Made by a program: the position numbers and the translations under genes. Positions 19,297 through 28,560 of a stretch of 64,000 nt of DNA are shown in pieces; the stretch's first letter is position 1, and each line of letters starts with the position of its first letter. Source of the DNA: Deltaproteobacteria bacterium (GTDB taxonomy: Bacteria; Desulfobacterota; B13-G15; RBG-16-54-18). The stretch lies in assembly GCA_019308925.1 (NCBI GenBank), contig JAFDHG010000003.1, forward strand, positions 3,367 to 67,366. The letters run 5' to 3'. The notes under the pieces were generated by a model. It searched no databases. It saw only the letters and a list, made by a program, of their open reading frames with translations, and was not told where the DNA came from.

Positions 19297-19515
19297 ATGA
19301 TAATAGTAAAATGCGCTAAATGTAAGAGGAAGATATTTAGATACCTGAAGATTGGAAAAGGGCGATTATGGCACTGCTGGAAGGATCGAATAATCGAGGA
19401 TTATAGTATCCGAGATGGAAATGACATTAAATGTCAATGCGGCAATTTAATTGGTATTGATGAGGTGAAATGGATTAAAATTTACCCCGTTAGATGTATA
19501 ATTGTCGGACGATAA
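19297..19515 (+). CDS. Small Cys-rich zinc-ribbon-like protein
   Basis: 72 aa with CAKCKRK...C..C pairs; translationally coupled to the upstream ORF. Confidence 0.3.
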   Translation: MIIVKCAKCKRKIFRYLKIGKGRLWHCWKDRIIEDYSIRDGNDIKCQCGNLIGIDEVKWIKIYPVRCIIVGR

Positions 19516-19630
19516 ATTAATTGATGTCAGGAAAGTATAAAGGCGGTTAATATGAACTGAATATCTAACGAGACGAACAACATTCTTTTACATATTCAGG
19601 AGCAACAACAAGAAAATAGGGGGTAAAAAG

Positions 19631-20272
19631 ATGAAGATCACCATTGTTTATGATAACACTGTTTACCAAAAAGATCTTAAATCCGATTGGGGTTTTTCTT
19701 GTCTTGTAGAAGTAGAGGACACGCCGAAAATCCTTTTTGATACAGGCACAAGGGGTTCCATACTTCTTTCGAATATGCAAAAACTTAATATTGATCCTGC
19801 CTTGATTGATGAAGTCTTTATTTCCCATGCCCATTTTGATCATATAGGTGGTCTCTCAGCCTTTCTTGATGTGAAAAGCGATGTTACAGTCTATGTTCCC
19901 ATTTCAGCCAGAGGAGTTCGTGGTGCAAAGGAGGTAATCTCTGTGAGTGAGCCCCTAAAGATCCATGAGAATGTGTTCTCTACTGGAGAACTCGACCACA
20001 TAGAACAATCCATGGCAGTTAAGACAGACAAAGGGGTAGTTTTGATTGTAGGATGCTCGCATCCAAAGATGGCACATATTCTTAAAGCGGCTTCTCAATT
20101 TGGGAAGCTCTATGCGATTGTTGGTGGGTTACACGGATTTAGTGAGTTCTGGTTGTTTGAAGACTTAGAACTGATTTGTCCTACCCATTGTACTCAACAT
20201 AAAGCAGAGATAAGGTCTTTGTACCCGGAACAATACATTGATGGTGGAGTAGGGAAAGTAATCGTGTTCTGA
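19631..20272 (+). CDS. MBL-fold metallo-hydrolase
   Basis: 213 aa; HAHFDHIGG metal-binding motif. Confidence 0.7.
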   Translation: MKITIVYDNTVYQKDLKSDWGFSCLVEVEDTPKILFDTGTRGSILLSNMQKLNIDPALIDEVFISHAHFDHIGGLSAFLDVKSDVTVYVPISARGVRGAKEVISVSEPLKIHENVFSTGELDHIEQSMAVKTDKGVVLIVGCSHPKMAHILKAASQFGKLYAIVGGLHGFSEFWLFEDLELICPTHCTQHKAEIRSLYPEQYIDGGVGKVIVF

Positions 20273-20322
20273 AGTTAATGTGTTTAAGCCCTTGAAACGC
20301 TGAGTATCCAGGAGGTGCGGTC

Positions 20323-20519
20323 GTGGCGGAGAAGGTTATCATATTCGGGAAGGCGGGTTGACCCTATACTGCGCAGGCTAGGTCAGCCTACGGCGACGCT
20401 GCAGAGTACCATGGTGTCTACGCAGCCCCCCAAAACTCCAGGAGATGCTGAAGTATTCCAATGGCGCTCGGCAAGTGCCCGTCATTGTTGAAGGTGACAA
20501 CGTAATGATCGGTTATGGA
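20323..20519 (+). CDS. Candidate selenocysteine-containing glutaredoxin-like protein (YruB/Grx-like; needs UGA recoding and a frame change at a C6 run)
   Basis: RBS AGGAGG, 6 nt, GTG; MAEKVIIFGKAG-[TGA]-PYTAQARSAY; SECIS-like hairpin aggct-AGGUC-agcct at 20375-20389; C-terminal KLQEMLKYSNGARQVPVIVEGDNVMIGYGG lies in the +1 frame. Confidence 0.4.
20375..20389 (+). promoter_or_regulatory. SECIS-like hairpin downstream of the in-frame UGA
   Basis: 5-bp stem aggct/agcct with apical loop AGGUC, starting 13 nt after the UGA at 20359-20361. Confidence 0.35.
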
Positions 20520-20609
20520 GGCACCTGAGGAGTTTAATCACCGGTAGTTTGCCGGTAATGTTCCATCTGTGGAGTTCCTGCAGGATAAGTCTCGCTAGGT
20601 GTCTTTGAT

Positions 20610-21158
20610 ATGCCTTCAAGATCAAAACTCCTGATCCTAACCCTCCTGATGGAGGGTATGGTGTTGATAGTGGCCTTGCTTTTAGCGAGGCTCTTGGGAA
20701 TTGCTTTGTTTCCTTTAACTAAGAATCTTTTATATGATATCCTGTTGGGGACCTGTGGAGCTGTATTCCCTTTGGCTCTATTTGTTTTTTCCATTTCGAA
20801 AAAGGCAGAAGCTATTCCCCTATTAAGGTCAGTCAGAAAGACAGTAATGACAGAGATAAGGGCCGTATTTTCTATGACCAGATTGATAGATTTATGCTTC
20901 ATTTCTCTCTTTGCAGGTTTTGCTGAGGAATTTTTATTTCGGGGAGTGATTCAAATCAAATTGGGTATTGTCGCAGCAAGTATCATTTTTGGGCTTCTTC
21001 ATTGTGTGACCCCTGCCTATGTTGTTCTTGCTACAATTATAGGATTCTATATCGGCATCTTATACTATTTGAGTCAGAGCCTTCTTATACCTATTCAATT
21101 GCATTTTATCTATGATTTTGGAGCGCTGATCTATTTAAGATATTTTGTGAACGAGTGA
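20610..21158 (+). CDS. CPBP-family (CAAX) intramembrane metalloprotease
   Basis: 182-aa polytopic protein; motifs FAGFAEEFLFRG and LLHCVTP. Confidence 0.7.
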   Translation: MPSRSKLLILTLLMEGMVLIVALLLARLLGIALFPLTKNLLYDILLGTCGAVFPLALFVFSISKKAEAIPLLRSVRKTVMTEIRAVFSMTRLIDLCFISLFAGFAEEFLFRGVIQIKLGIVAASIIFGLLHCVTPAYVVLATIIGFYIGILYYLSQSLLIPIQLHFIYDFGALIYLRYFVNE

Positions 21159-21194
21159 CATGGAACAAATCTCCTGACTGGACTGTCTAACTGG

Positions 21195-21800
21195 ATGAAG
21201 GGAAAAAAGCAGACAAGAGATGAAGATTATGGGCTTGTATCTTTATGTAAAAAAGGTGATATAGATGTCTTTGAAGTATTGGTAAGAAGGCACCAGAAAA
21301 GGATGCTCAATATCGCCTACAGGATAATCGGGGACTATGCAGAGGCATGCGAGATCGTGCAGGAGGCATTTGTCTCTGCATATAGAGGCATCAAGAGTTT
21401 TAAAGGAAAGGCCAAGCTCTCTACATGGCTTTATACTATAGTCATTAATCTTTCAAAAAACCGTCTGAAACAGTTGAAGACCCAACTTTATCGCGAAAAA
21501 TTTTCGATAGATGATCCTGTTCCTACAACTGATGGCGAGATACAAATAGAACCCGCATCGAGTGAGCCCTCTGCCCTTGAAAGGCTCGAAAAACGAGATA
21601 TCCAGCAAAAGGTGCAGGGATGCATAAACGCCCTCGATACCGAATTCAGAGAGGCACTCATTCTGAGAGATATACAGGGTTTCTCCTATGAGGAAATAAG
21701 CGACATGCTTGAGGTACCAGAAGGTACTGTTAAATCAAGGCTTTTCAGGGCAAGGGAGGCTGTAAAGGACTGTTTAAAGAAATGGGTTGGAGATTTGTAG
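21195..21800 (+). CDS. ECF (sigma-24 family) RNA polymerase sigma factor
   Basis: 201 aa; region 2 (AQEAFVSAYRG) and region 4 HTH (EEISDMLEVPEGTVKSRLFRAR). Confidence 0.85.
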   Translation: MKGKKQTRDEDYGLVSLCKKGDIDVFEVLVRRHQKRMLNIAYRIIGDYAEACEIVQEAFVSAYRGIKSFKGKAKLSTWLYTIVINLSKNRLKQLKTQLYREKFSIDDPVPTTDGEIQIEPASSEPSALERLEKRDIQQKVQGCINALDTEFREALILRDIQGFSYEEISDMLEVPEGTVKSRLFRAREAVKDCLKKWVGDL

Positions 21801-22721
21801 ATGGAATGCAGCGAGGTTCAAAAAAGGCTATCAGCCTATATAGAAGGCACTATTTCTCCAGAAGAAAAGGTGCTCATTGATGAGCATCTCACCTCATGTC
21901 AGAGATGCAATGATGCTCTTTCTGACCTGGAGAAGACCATTGAGTATATCCAGGAGCTCGAAGAAATAGAGCCTCCTGCATGGCTCGCGCAGAAGGTTAT
22001 GGCGAGGGTCCAATCAGAAGCTGAATCGAAGAGAGGAATCCTGCGAAGGTTATTTTACCCGATCCCGATAAAGCTGCCCATTGAGGCGGTTGCCGTTGTC
22101 TTAATTGCAGTAGCCACGATATATGTCTTTAAGACCATGCAGCCAGAGATGAAACTTGTACAGGCACCCTCAGAGGAGGTGGCATCTCAAATTCTTTCAC
22201 AAGAAAAAGAAAAAACACTTGCTATTGAGGAGGGCAAACCTGTTCCTGCCAAGCCAGCAGAGCGATTCATGCTTGCAGAAGAAGAGACCCAAGCAAGAAA
22301 ATATGCAGGAGCACCCAAGGCCCCTGCGAAAGTTGCAAAAGGAGGCAAGGTTGAGCCACCAGCAGGCGCTGTTGCAAGGGATGAATTAAAACGAGAAGTT
22401 GTATCAAAAGAATCCAGAGCAAGGACATTGGCTGAGAGAAGAGAGGAGGGTATTGGTTTAGCTGTTAATGTCCGAGACATTGAGACTGCCAGTAAAGAGA
22501 TTGAGGAAGTTCTTATGCAGCTTGGAGGGAAGATAATCCGAACAGAATCTCTTGAGAATAAAATTGTCATCGCCGCAGAGCTTGACTCTCAAAAGGTGAA
22601 TGAATTACTTGAAAAACTAAAGGCGATTGGGGAGGTTAAAGAAAAGGGGATGGCATTAGAGGTTTGGGAAGGTGAAGTAGAGATAAGGATAGAGCTTGTA
22701 AAAACGCCAATACATCCTTGA
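21801..22721 (+). CDS. Anti-sigma factor (zf-HC2 type) with transmembrane segment and C-terminal domain
   Basis: Start codon overlaps the sigma gene stop; HLTSCQRCNDAL zinc-finger motif; a hydrophobic helix around aa 95-115. Confidence 0.65.
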   Translation: MECSEVQKRLSAYIEGTISPEEKVLIDEHLTSCQRCNDALSDLEKTIEYIQELEEIEPPAWLAQKVMARVQSEAESKRGILRRLFYPIPIKLPIEAVAVVLIAVATIYVFKTMQPEMKLVQAPSEEVASQILSQEKEKTLAIEEGKPVPAKPAERFMLAEEETQARKYAGAPKAPAKVAKGGKVEPPAGAVARDELKREVVSKESRARTLAERREEGIGLAVNVRDIETASKEIEEVLMQLGGKIIRTESLENKIVIAAELDSQKVNELLEKLKAIGEVKEKGMALEVWEGEVEIRIELVKTPIHP

Positions 22722-22787
22722 AAAAAGACTTGACATGACCTTATACATAAAGTACGTTATATCGTACGTAATTAAAGAGGGTTTATC

Positions 22788-23030
22788 ATGACCACTATTA
22801 CTGCAACTGAAGCAAGAAAAAGATTATACCGACTTCTAGATGAAATTAGCGAGTCTCACGAACCGGTACATATCACTTCTAAGCGTAGTAAAGCCGTGCT
22901 TGTCTCTGAAGGCGACTGGCGTTCTATCCAAGAAACACTTTATTTGCTCTCAATTCCTGGCATGCGAGAGTCAATTGTCGAAGGATTAAAGACACCGGTC
23001 GAAAAATGTGAGCAGGAACTTGACTGGTGA
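22788..23030 (+). CDS. Phd/YefM-family antitoxin
   Basis: 80 aa; TATEARKRLYRLLDEI...VLVSEGDWRSIQETLYLLS is the typical YefM fold signature. Confidence 0.8.
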   Translation: MTTITATEARKRLYRLLDEISESHEPVHITSKRSKAVLVSEGDWRSIQETLYLLSIPGMRESIVEGLKTPVEKCEQELDW

Positions 23031-23290
23031 AATGGCAACTTGTCTATACCAGACAAGCTCGAAAAGATGCCAGAAAACTTGCAGCTTCGGGGTTACGCCA
23101 CCAAGCAGAGCAGTTACTTAAAATCTTACGTGAAAATCCTTATCAAGATCCTCCACCTTTTGAAAAATTGGTTGGAGATTTGGAAGGTGCTTTTTCAAGG
23201 CGTATAAATATCCAGCATCGCCTTGTATACCAGATTCTCGACGAAATTAAGAGCGTAAAGGTAGTTCGAATGCGGACACATTATGAGTAG
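23027..23290 (+). CDS. YoeB/Txe-family toxin (RelE superfamily)
   Basis: 87 aa; 4-nt overlap with the antitoxin gene; LSGDLEGAFSRRINIQHRLVYQI motif. Confidence 0.8.
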   Translation: MKWQLVYTRQARKDARKLAASGLRHQAEQLLKILRENPYQDPPPFEKLVGDLEGAFSRRINIQHRLVYQILDEIKSVKVVRMRTHYE

Positions 23291-23575
23291 GCACAAGGCT
23301 AACCAGTCGTTGCCCTGACCTCTATTCCGTTGACACTCAATAGAGGTAGGTGATCTTAATCGTTAGGACGGCGCGGAGGGCCGCTGACTCATTTAAACGT
23401 AGAAAATTAAGCTCACCCCTCCAAAATCCATCTGCCAACCCATCCCACCAAAGGGGCCTTAAAGCTACATTTTCCTCAGCATTCACCATAAAAATAGGCC
23501 GTGTTCGGGAACTTTTTGGAGACTTTTTTTGTCTTATGAACTAGCACAAGTCAAAAATATTAAAGGAGGTTTGAA

Positions 23576-25033
23576 ATGAAAAGGAAATATCATTACATTG
23601 CCTTGGTGGCTATGCTTTTGGTAGGGATCGGCTGTAGCGCATTGGCAGTTGCAGGGAGAGGGGCAGAAAAACCTGTAGCCCTTTCAACTACACTGGAGGA
23701 CCAGACAGGGGTGGCAGTGACCATCTATAATGTCAACCTCGGGCTTGTGAAAGACCAGAGGAAGATAAGCATTACGAGAGGGGCAGGGGAGTTGAGGTTT
23801 ATGGGTGTGGCATCTAAGATAATTCCTACAAGCGTCTCTATAAGATCCCTCATAGACCCTAAAAGCCTTCAGGTCCTTGAACAGAACTATGAGTATGACC
23901 TGCTCAATCCGAAGAAGCTCCTCGACAAATATGTGGGTAAGGAGGTGAAACTATACTACAGAAATCCATACACAGAGAGAGAAGAGATTGTGAGGGCCAC
24001 ACTCCTATCGAATAATGGAGGCCCGATATTTAAAATCGGGGATGAGATAACCTTCGGGCATCCTGGAAGGATCATATTCCCCAAGGTCCCGGACAACCTT
24101 ATCTCAAAACCGACCCTTGTCTGGCTCGTTGAAAACACCCTCTCAAAGGCCCAGAAGATCGAGGCATCATATCTCACAAATGGCATCAACTGGCGGGCTG
24201 ATTATGTTGTCACATTGAACGACAGAGACGATAGGACTGACCTTACTGGCTGGGTTAGCATTGATAATAAGAGTGGTGCAACATATAAGGAGGCAAAACT
24301 CAAACTGGTGGCCGGAGATGTCCACAGGGTTAGAGACAAATGGGAATATAAGGACAAGATGCTTCGTGCAGCAATGGCAGAGGCAGCGAAAGCAAAACCC
24401 CAGTTTAAGGAGGAGGAATTCTTTGAGTATCACATATACACCCTGCAGAGGCCAGCAACGATTAGACAAAATCAGACAAAACAGATAATGCTTGTGAGTG
24501 CCGATAACATCCCTGTCAAAAAAGAACTCCTCTACTATGGCGCAAGATTTTATTACCGCAACAGACACGGCCAGACGATATCGAACCAGAAGGTTGGTGT
24601 GTTTGTAGAGATAAAAAATAAGAAAGAGAATAACCTGGGTATCCCCCTTCCCAAAGGCACGATAAGGGTCTACAAACATGACAAGGAGGGAAGCCTGCAA
24701 TTTGTTGGCGAGGACTCTATAGACCATACACCAAAGGACGAGAAGGTCAGGATAAAGCTCGGAGACGCCTTTGATGTGGTTGGAAGTAGAAAACAGACGG
24801 ACTGGAAAAAGATTGCCTATGATACATACGAGGCGAGCTTTGAAATCTCTCTGAGAAATCACAAGAAGGAAGATGTCGTTGTGAAGGTTGTTGAGCCCAT
24901 ACCAGGAGACTGGAAAATGCTCAGTTCGTCTCATAACTATACAAAGACAGAGGCATTTACTGCTGAGTTCAATATTAAAGTCCCCAGAGACAAAGAGACA
25001 AAGCTTACATACAGGGTGAGGATGAGATTTTAG
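23576..25033 (+). CDS. Lipoprotein, DUF4139/DUF4140-like
   Basis: 485 aa; lipobox LVGIGCS; beta-rich, Lys-rich; architecture recalled from conserved hypothetical lipoproteins; weakly supported. Confidence 0.45.
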   Translation: MKRKYHYIALVAMLLVGIGCSALAVAGRGAEKPVALSTTLEDQTGVAVTIYNVNLGLVKDQRKISITRGAGELRFMGVASKIIPTSVSIRSLIDPKSLQVLEQNYEYDLLNPKKLLDKYVGKEVKLYYRNPYTEREEIVRATLLSNNGGPIFKIGDEITFGHPGRIIFPKVPDNLISKPTLVWLVENTLSKAQKIEASYLTNGINWRADYVVTLNDRDDRTDLTGWVSIDNKSGATYKEAKLKLVAGDVHRVRDKWEYKDKMLRAAMAEAAKAKPQFKEEEFFEYHIYTLQRPATIRQNQTKQIMLVSADNIPVKKELLYYGARFYYRNRHGQTISNQKVGVFVEIKNKKENNLGIPLPKGTIRVYKHDKEGSLQFVGEDSIDHTPKDEKVRIKLGDAFDVVGSRKQTDWKKIAYDTYEASFEISLRNHKKEDVVVKVVEPIPGDWKMLSSSHNYTKTEAFTAEFNIKVPRDKETKLTYRVRMRF

Positions 25034-25315
25034 ATGATTTAAAAGGGGTGTGGCCATAAATGAGATCGTCGTCAGACCTACATAGAAAGAGAGACGAAAC
25101 TGTTTAGCTTTATTTTGTTGACAAACCCCTATTTATCTGCTATGGTCGCCTGGGTTTGATAAGTGGAGATCTATTGAGGGCGGAAGGATGATCTCGGTGG
25201 GGTCCCTGGATAGTTTTCCTTTTTGTCCTCAGAGTATCCTGCTTATCAAAGAGAGGCCTGCGATGGGCGGGGCCTCAGAGAGTTTAAATTTTTGTTTGAA
25301 GGAGGAATGGGAAGT

Positions 25316-25516
25316 ATGGTTAAAGGACGAGTAAAATGGTTTAACGACAAGAAGGGGTATGGCTTCATCGAAAGGGATGACGGAGACGATGTTTTTGTCC
25401 ACTACACGGCCATCTCGGGGGAAGGTTTCAAGACCCTTTATGAAGGACAAGAGGTAGAGTTTGAGATCACGCAAGGCCCTAAAGGACCCCAGGCCTCCAA
25501 GGTATCTCTGGTCTGA
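25316..25516 (+). CDS. Cold-shock protein (CspA family)
   Basis: [30 protein letters not shown]...; RNP1/RNP2 motifs; RBS AAGGAGG 10 nt upstream of this ATG. Confidence 0.85.
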   Translation: MVKGRVKWFNDKKGYGFIERDDGDDVFVHYTAISGEGFKTLYEGQEVEFEITQGPKGPQASKVSLV

Positions 25517-25570
25517 TCCCTTGAGGCCCTTTCAAGGGGACCCTCAATGAGGGTCCCCTTTTTTATGCCA

Positions 25571-26149
25571 TTATCTCAACCCATCTTCACCCTTTATTTC
25601 CTCTTTCTTCAATCCACCAATCCGTGCCAGAGGTCTTCCTGAATCAGTGACCACGATAGCGACCAGTATTTCGTCGTTTTTTGGAGCGTCCGGGATCCGT
25701 ACTTCCATGGCGTCATAGTGGGTACGAACGAAGGCAGCATCCTTAAAGTGAAGGGGGACGTCAATGGGCGTTCCTGCAGTCCCCCGTTTCCCCGCCGAGG
25801 GGATGATGGCCTTACCGCCGCCTACCTGCTCCCGCAGCGGTTTCCCCAACTTGGGGTGCAGGATAGCGTGAAGGTGTTCTAATTCTCCATCAAGGCCTAC
25901 GATTGCCGCCTTTCCGTAGTCTTGGGCCTTTTCCTTCGGGATCCCCAAGGCAGCGACAGCCCGTTCTCCTAACATTGCCCCCAACTGCTCACCGTAATCC
26001 ATGAGTTCAGAGAGATCATCCACGTATTGATTGGCAAAGGGGTTTTTGATCACCGCTATGGCTGCAGCCTTTCGGGTGGGAGGAGATATCTCCTTTTCCC
26101 CTTCCCTTTGGATCTCCTCCACTATGGTGACGACCTTTCTTATCTCCAT
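25571..26149 (-). CDS. Amino-acid-synthesis family protein (PF06684-like), function unknown
   Basis: 192 aa; family assignment by recalled similarity, not verified. Confidence 0.45.
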   Translation of the reverse strand: MEIRKVVTIVEEIQREGEKEISPPTRKAAAIAVIKNPFANQYVDDLSELMDYGEQLGAMLGERAVAALGIPKEKAQDYGKAAIVGLDGELEHLHAILHPKLGKPLREQVGGGKAIIPSAGKRGTAGTPIDVPLHFKDAAFVRTHYDAMEVRIPDAPKNDEILVAIVVTDSGRPLARIGGLKKEEIKGEDGLR

Positions 26150-26152
26150 TGT

Positions 26153-27034
26153 TTACCCCTCCTTATCGAATAAATTTTGGGTTAGGGGGGATAAAAAACC
26201 CTTTATCCCCTGATCCCAGACCACCCTCCCCTGCACACAGATGAGGGCACCTAAGATTACACCCTTATCCATTAGGTGTTGAGCCTTTCCCATACCCCGG
26301 GAGAGGGCCTCATCAACCTCGTGAGACGTGAGTTTTTCCACCTCCAGAGTTACCTCCTCCCCTCGCAGGTCTGTGTCCGGATCAATTTCATCAGCCCGAA
26401 TCCTTTTTACCCTAGGGGAGTCTATCGCCGTGGCATTGGCCACTGATGTGGAGGCCGCGTCGGCTACCGAGGCAGAGGGGCCAAGGACAACGGCCGCCTG
26501 AGCCACCCCCTTGGTGAAGCTCCTTCCTCCCAGACCACTGGTGGTCACTCCCCCCACTCCCATCCCCCCTGTAAGCTGCAGGCAATAGGAGATCTCCGGG
26601 CAGGTTACATCGAGCCTGATCCCCACCCTGACCACCTCTTCTGGGGCCATCCTGATGGCGACATCACCACCGTTGTCGACGATCACCTTGCTGACCCCTT
26701 GGGAGAAGGTATGCTCCGCTACCAGATCGGAGATGGTCCCGGCCACGGCCGACAAAGGAGTAAGGTCCTCATCTCCCACCCGCTGCACAGCACCGACCAT
26801 CTCCTTGACCACCTGGGGAAGGTTTCCATCGGCGCTGAGCCTAGGGGCCTTCTTCTTGATGATCACCTGAAAAGGGGCTAACTCCTTTAACAACCCACAA
26901 GCCCATTCCCCACCCCTTTGGGCTGACTCCAATAACGGTTTACCTCCATCCCAGGCAGCAACCAGCAGGCGCATGGGACCTGACTCCGCCAGGACCCAGG
27001 CATCATTCAACGGGATTACCAATCCTTTGGCCAT
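26153..27034 (-). CDS. UPF0280-family protein (uncharacterised)
   Basis: 293 aa; Gly/Ala-rich; tightly coupled to its neighbours. Confidence 0.45.
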   Translation of the reverse strand: MAKGLVIPLNDAWVLAESGPMRLLVAAWDGGKPLLESAQRGGEWACGLLKELAPFQVIIKKKAPRLSADGNLPQVVKEMVGAVQRVGDEDLTPLSAVAGTISDLVAEHTFSQGVSKVIVDNGGDVAIRMAPEEVVRVGIRLDVTCPEISYCLQLTGGMGVGGVTTSGLGGRSFTKGVAQAAVVLGPSASVADAASTSVANATAIDSPRVKRIRADEIDPDTDLRGEEVTLEVEKLTSHEVDEALSRGMGKAQHLMDKGVILGALICVQGRVVWDQGIKGFLSPLTQNLFDKEG

Positions 27035-28558
27035 TTAGACCATTACCTTCTTCAGGTCTTTTACCACCACGTCAAAAGGCTTCATTGCCTCCTGATGCCC
27101 CCCCATCTCTATGTAGTCATCGTGCCTCATGGTGTACTCTATGGGAGCCACCGTAGCCGGCGTAGGGACCCATGTAAAGGCCCCTCTCTTTACCCGTTCC
27201 ACGTCCACGGCGAAGGTGATTCCGCCTCCTGGAAAGATAAAGGTTGGAGCACCTCCCACGGTGAGACAGGCCTTACAGGCGTGGACTGCCTGGGTGAGTT
27301 TGATGGGGTACTTGGTTACGCCAGCCCTGGCGCTTCCGCCTGCCCCTGCGACGTATATAGCTGATACCCGCGAGGGTTGAGCGGTGTTATTGATGACCCC
27401 CACCGCCCTTTGGGCGGCCGCGGTGAGGGGGATCTCCTCGAACCCCTTCCCATTCCAACGGAACATAGATGCCCGCTCACCGGTGGTCTCCGTGATCAGG
27501 AGGGTCATCCCATCCCAGGCAATTTCCTCGTCGACTCCCGCGATGATCTCAAGAGGATTGGTGATCGAGGTTCCGCCCCATCCATGACCTTGGTCCTGAA
27601 AGTATCTGCCCGGAGTACTCTTCCTGCCACGCAGTTGAATGCCGCTATAGCGCGCGTTAACATATCTTCCGGCAGCATGTTCGGTGAAGAGCCCGGTAAG
27701 GTGAGAGTCGAGGACGATCACCTCGTCTGCTGCTTCCTTAAAGAAGGGGGTGAACAACCCCATGGAGGCACTACCGCAGCCGACCCGCATCTTTTGTATT
27801 ACCTCACCGTCGATCACCGGGGCTTTACCCACCTGCATTTTAAGGGTACTTCCTTTTTTTACTCTCAACTCTACTGGCTCGCGGTTCGCAATTTCAACAA
27901 TGGTGCGTGCTACCGTGAAGCAGTTCTTTCCTGTAAGGAGGTTGGCACCACCGATGGAGAGGATCTTAGAGCCGTACTCCTCTGTAGTTACATGTCCCAC
28001 CTTTCTCCCCTTTATTAAAACGGGAGCACCCTCTTCACCAATGGTCTTATCAGTGTCAATTTTTACCTTGATCCCACTGTAGCTCAGTGGGGCTTCAGTT
28101 ACCACCGTTACGACATCGATTCCATCTGACTTACCCTGGACGATGTAAGGGGCAGGTCGTGCATCAGGGTAGGTAGTCCCTGCTCCAATGGCAGTAATGA
28201 GGGGGCGGCGAATGGCCTCTTCATAGTCGGGGCCGACTATATCCTTGATGTCCGCAAAGGTGTGCAGGGGCACGGTGCGCACCAGTCTCCCATCTTCGTT
28301 TTGGAACCGTTTGCATGCCCCGGTCTTTCCCAAGGCGATTTCGCAACCTATAGGGCAGGCGTCACAGCGAACCCTTCCGGGCAAGGGTTCGGCTTCTTTG
28401 GTGATAGCTTCTTCTGGGCAGACCTTGGCGCAAGTCTGGCAATTGACACAGAGCTTCTGAGAGATGACCGCCTTTTCCTCTATCAGGGAAATGGCTCCCA
28501 GGGGGCAATCCTCCACACACTTGCCGCAGCCTACACACCTTTCAAGATCAACGATCAC
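27035..28558 (-). CDS. Iron-sulfur protein with two N-terminal 4Fe-4S ferredoxin motifs and a large uncharacterised C-terminal domain (candidate 6-hydroxynicotinate reductase-like)
   Basis: CVGCGKCVEDCP and CVNCQTCAKVCP motifs; 507 aa; sits immediately after the enamidase-like gene. Confidence 0.55.
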   Translation of the reverse strand: MIVDLERCVGCGKCVEDCPLGAISLIEEKAVISQKLCVNCQTCAKVCPEEAITKEAEPLPGRVRCDACPIGCEIALGKTGACKRFQNEDGRLVRTVPLHTFADIKDIVGPDYEEAIRRPLITAIGAGTTYPDARPAPYIVQGKSDGIDVVTVVTEAPLSYSGIKVKIDTDKTIGEEGAPVLIKGRKVGHVTTEEYGSKILSIGGANLLTGKNCFTVARTIVEIANREPVELRVKKGSTLKMQVGKAPVIDGEVIQKMRVGCGSASMGLFTPFFKEAADEVIVLDSHLTGLFTEHAAGRYVNARYSGIQLRGRKSTPGRYFQDQGHGWGGTSITNPLEIIAGVDEEIAWDGMTLLITETTGERASMFRWNGKGFEEIPLTAAAQRAVGVINNTAQPSRVSAIYVAGAGGSARAGVTKYPIKLTQAVHACKACLTVGGAPTFIFPGGGITFAVDVERVKRGAFTWVPTPATVAPIEYTMRHDDYIEMGGHQEAMKPFDVVVKDLKKVMV

Positions 28559-28560
28559 CT

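Noticed and set aside
20449-20451. Second TGA in the Grx-like frame (…NSRRC-TGA) as a second Sec codon
   Set aside because: Reading through it gives a non-Grx C-terminus, whereas the +1 frame gives a canonical Grx C-terminal half; a single C-run length error explains it better.
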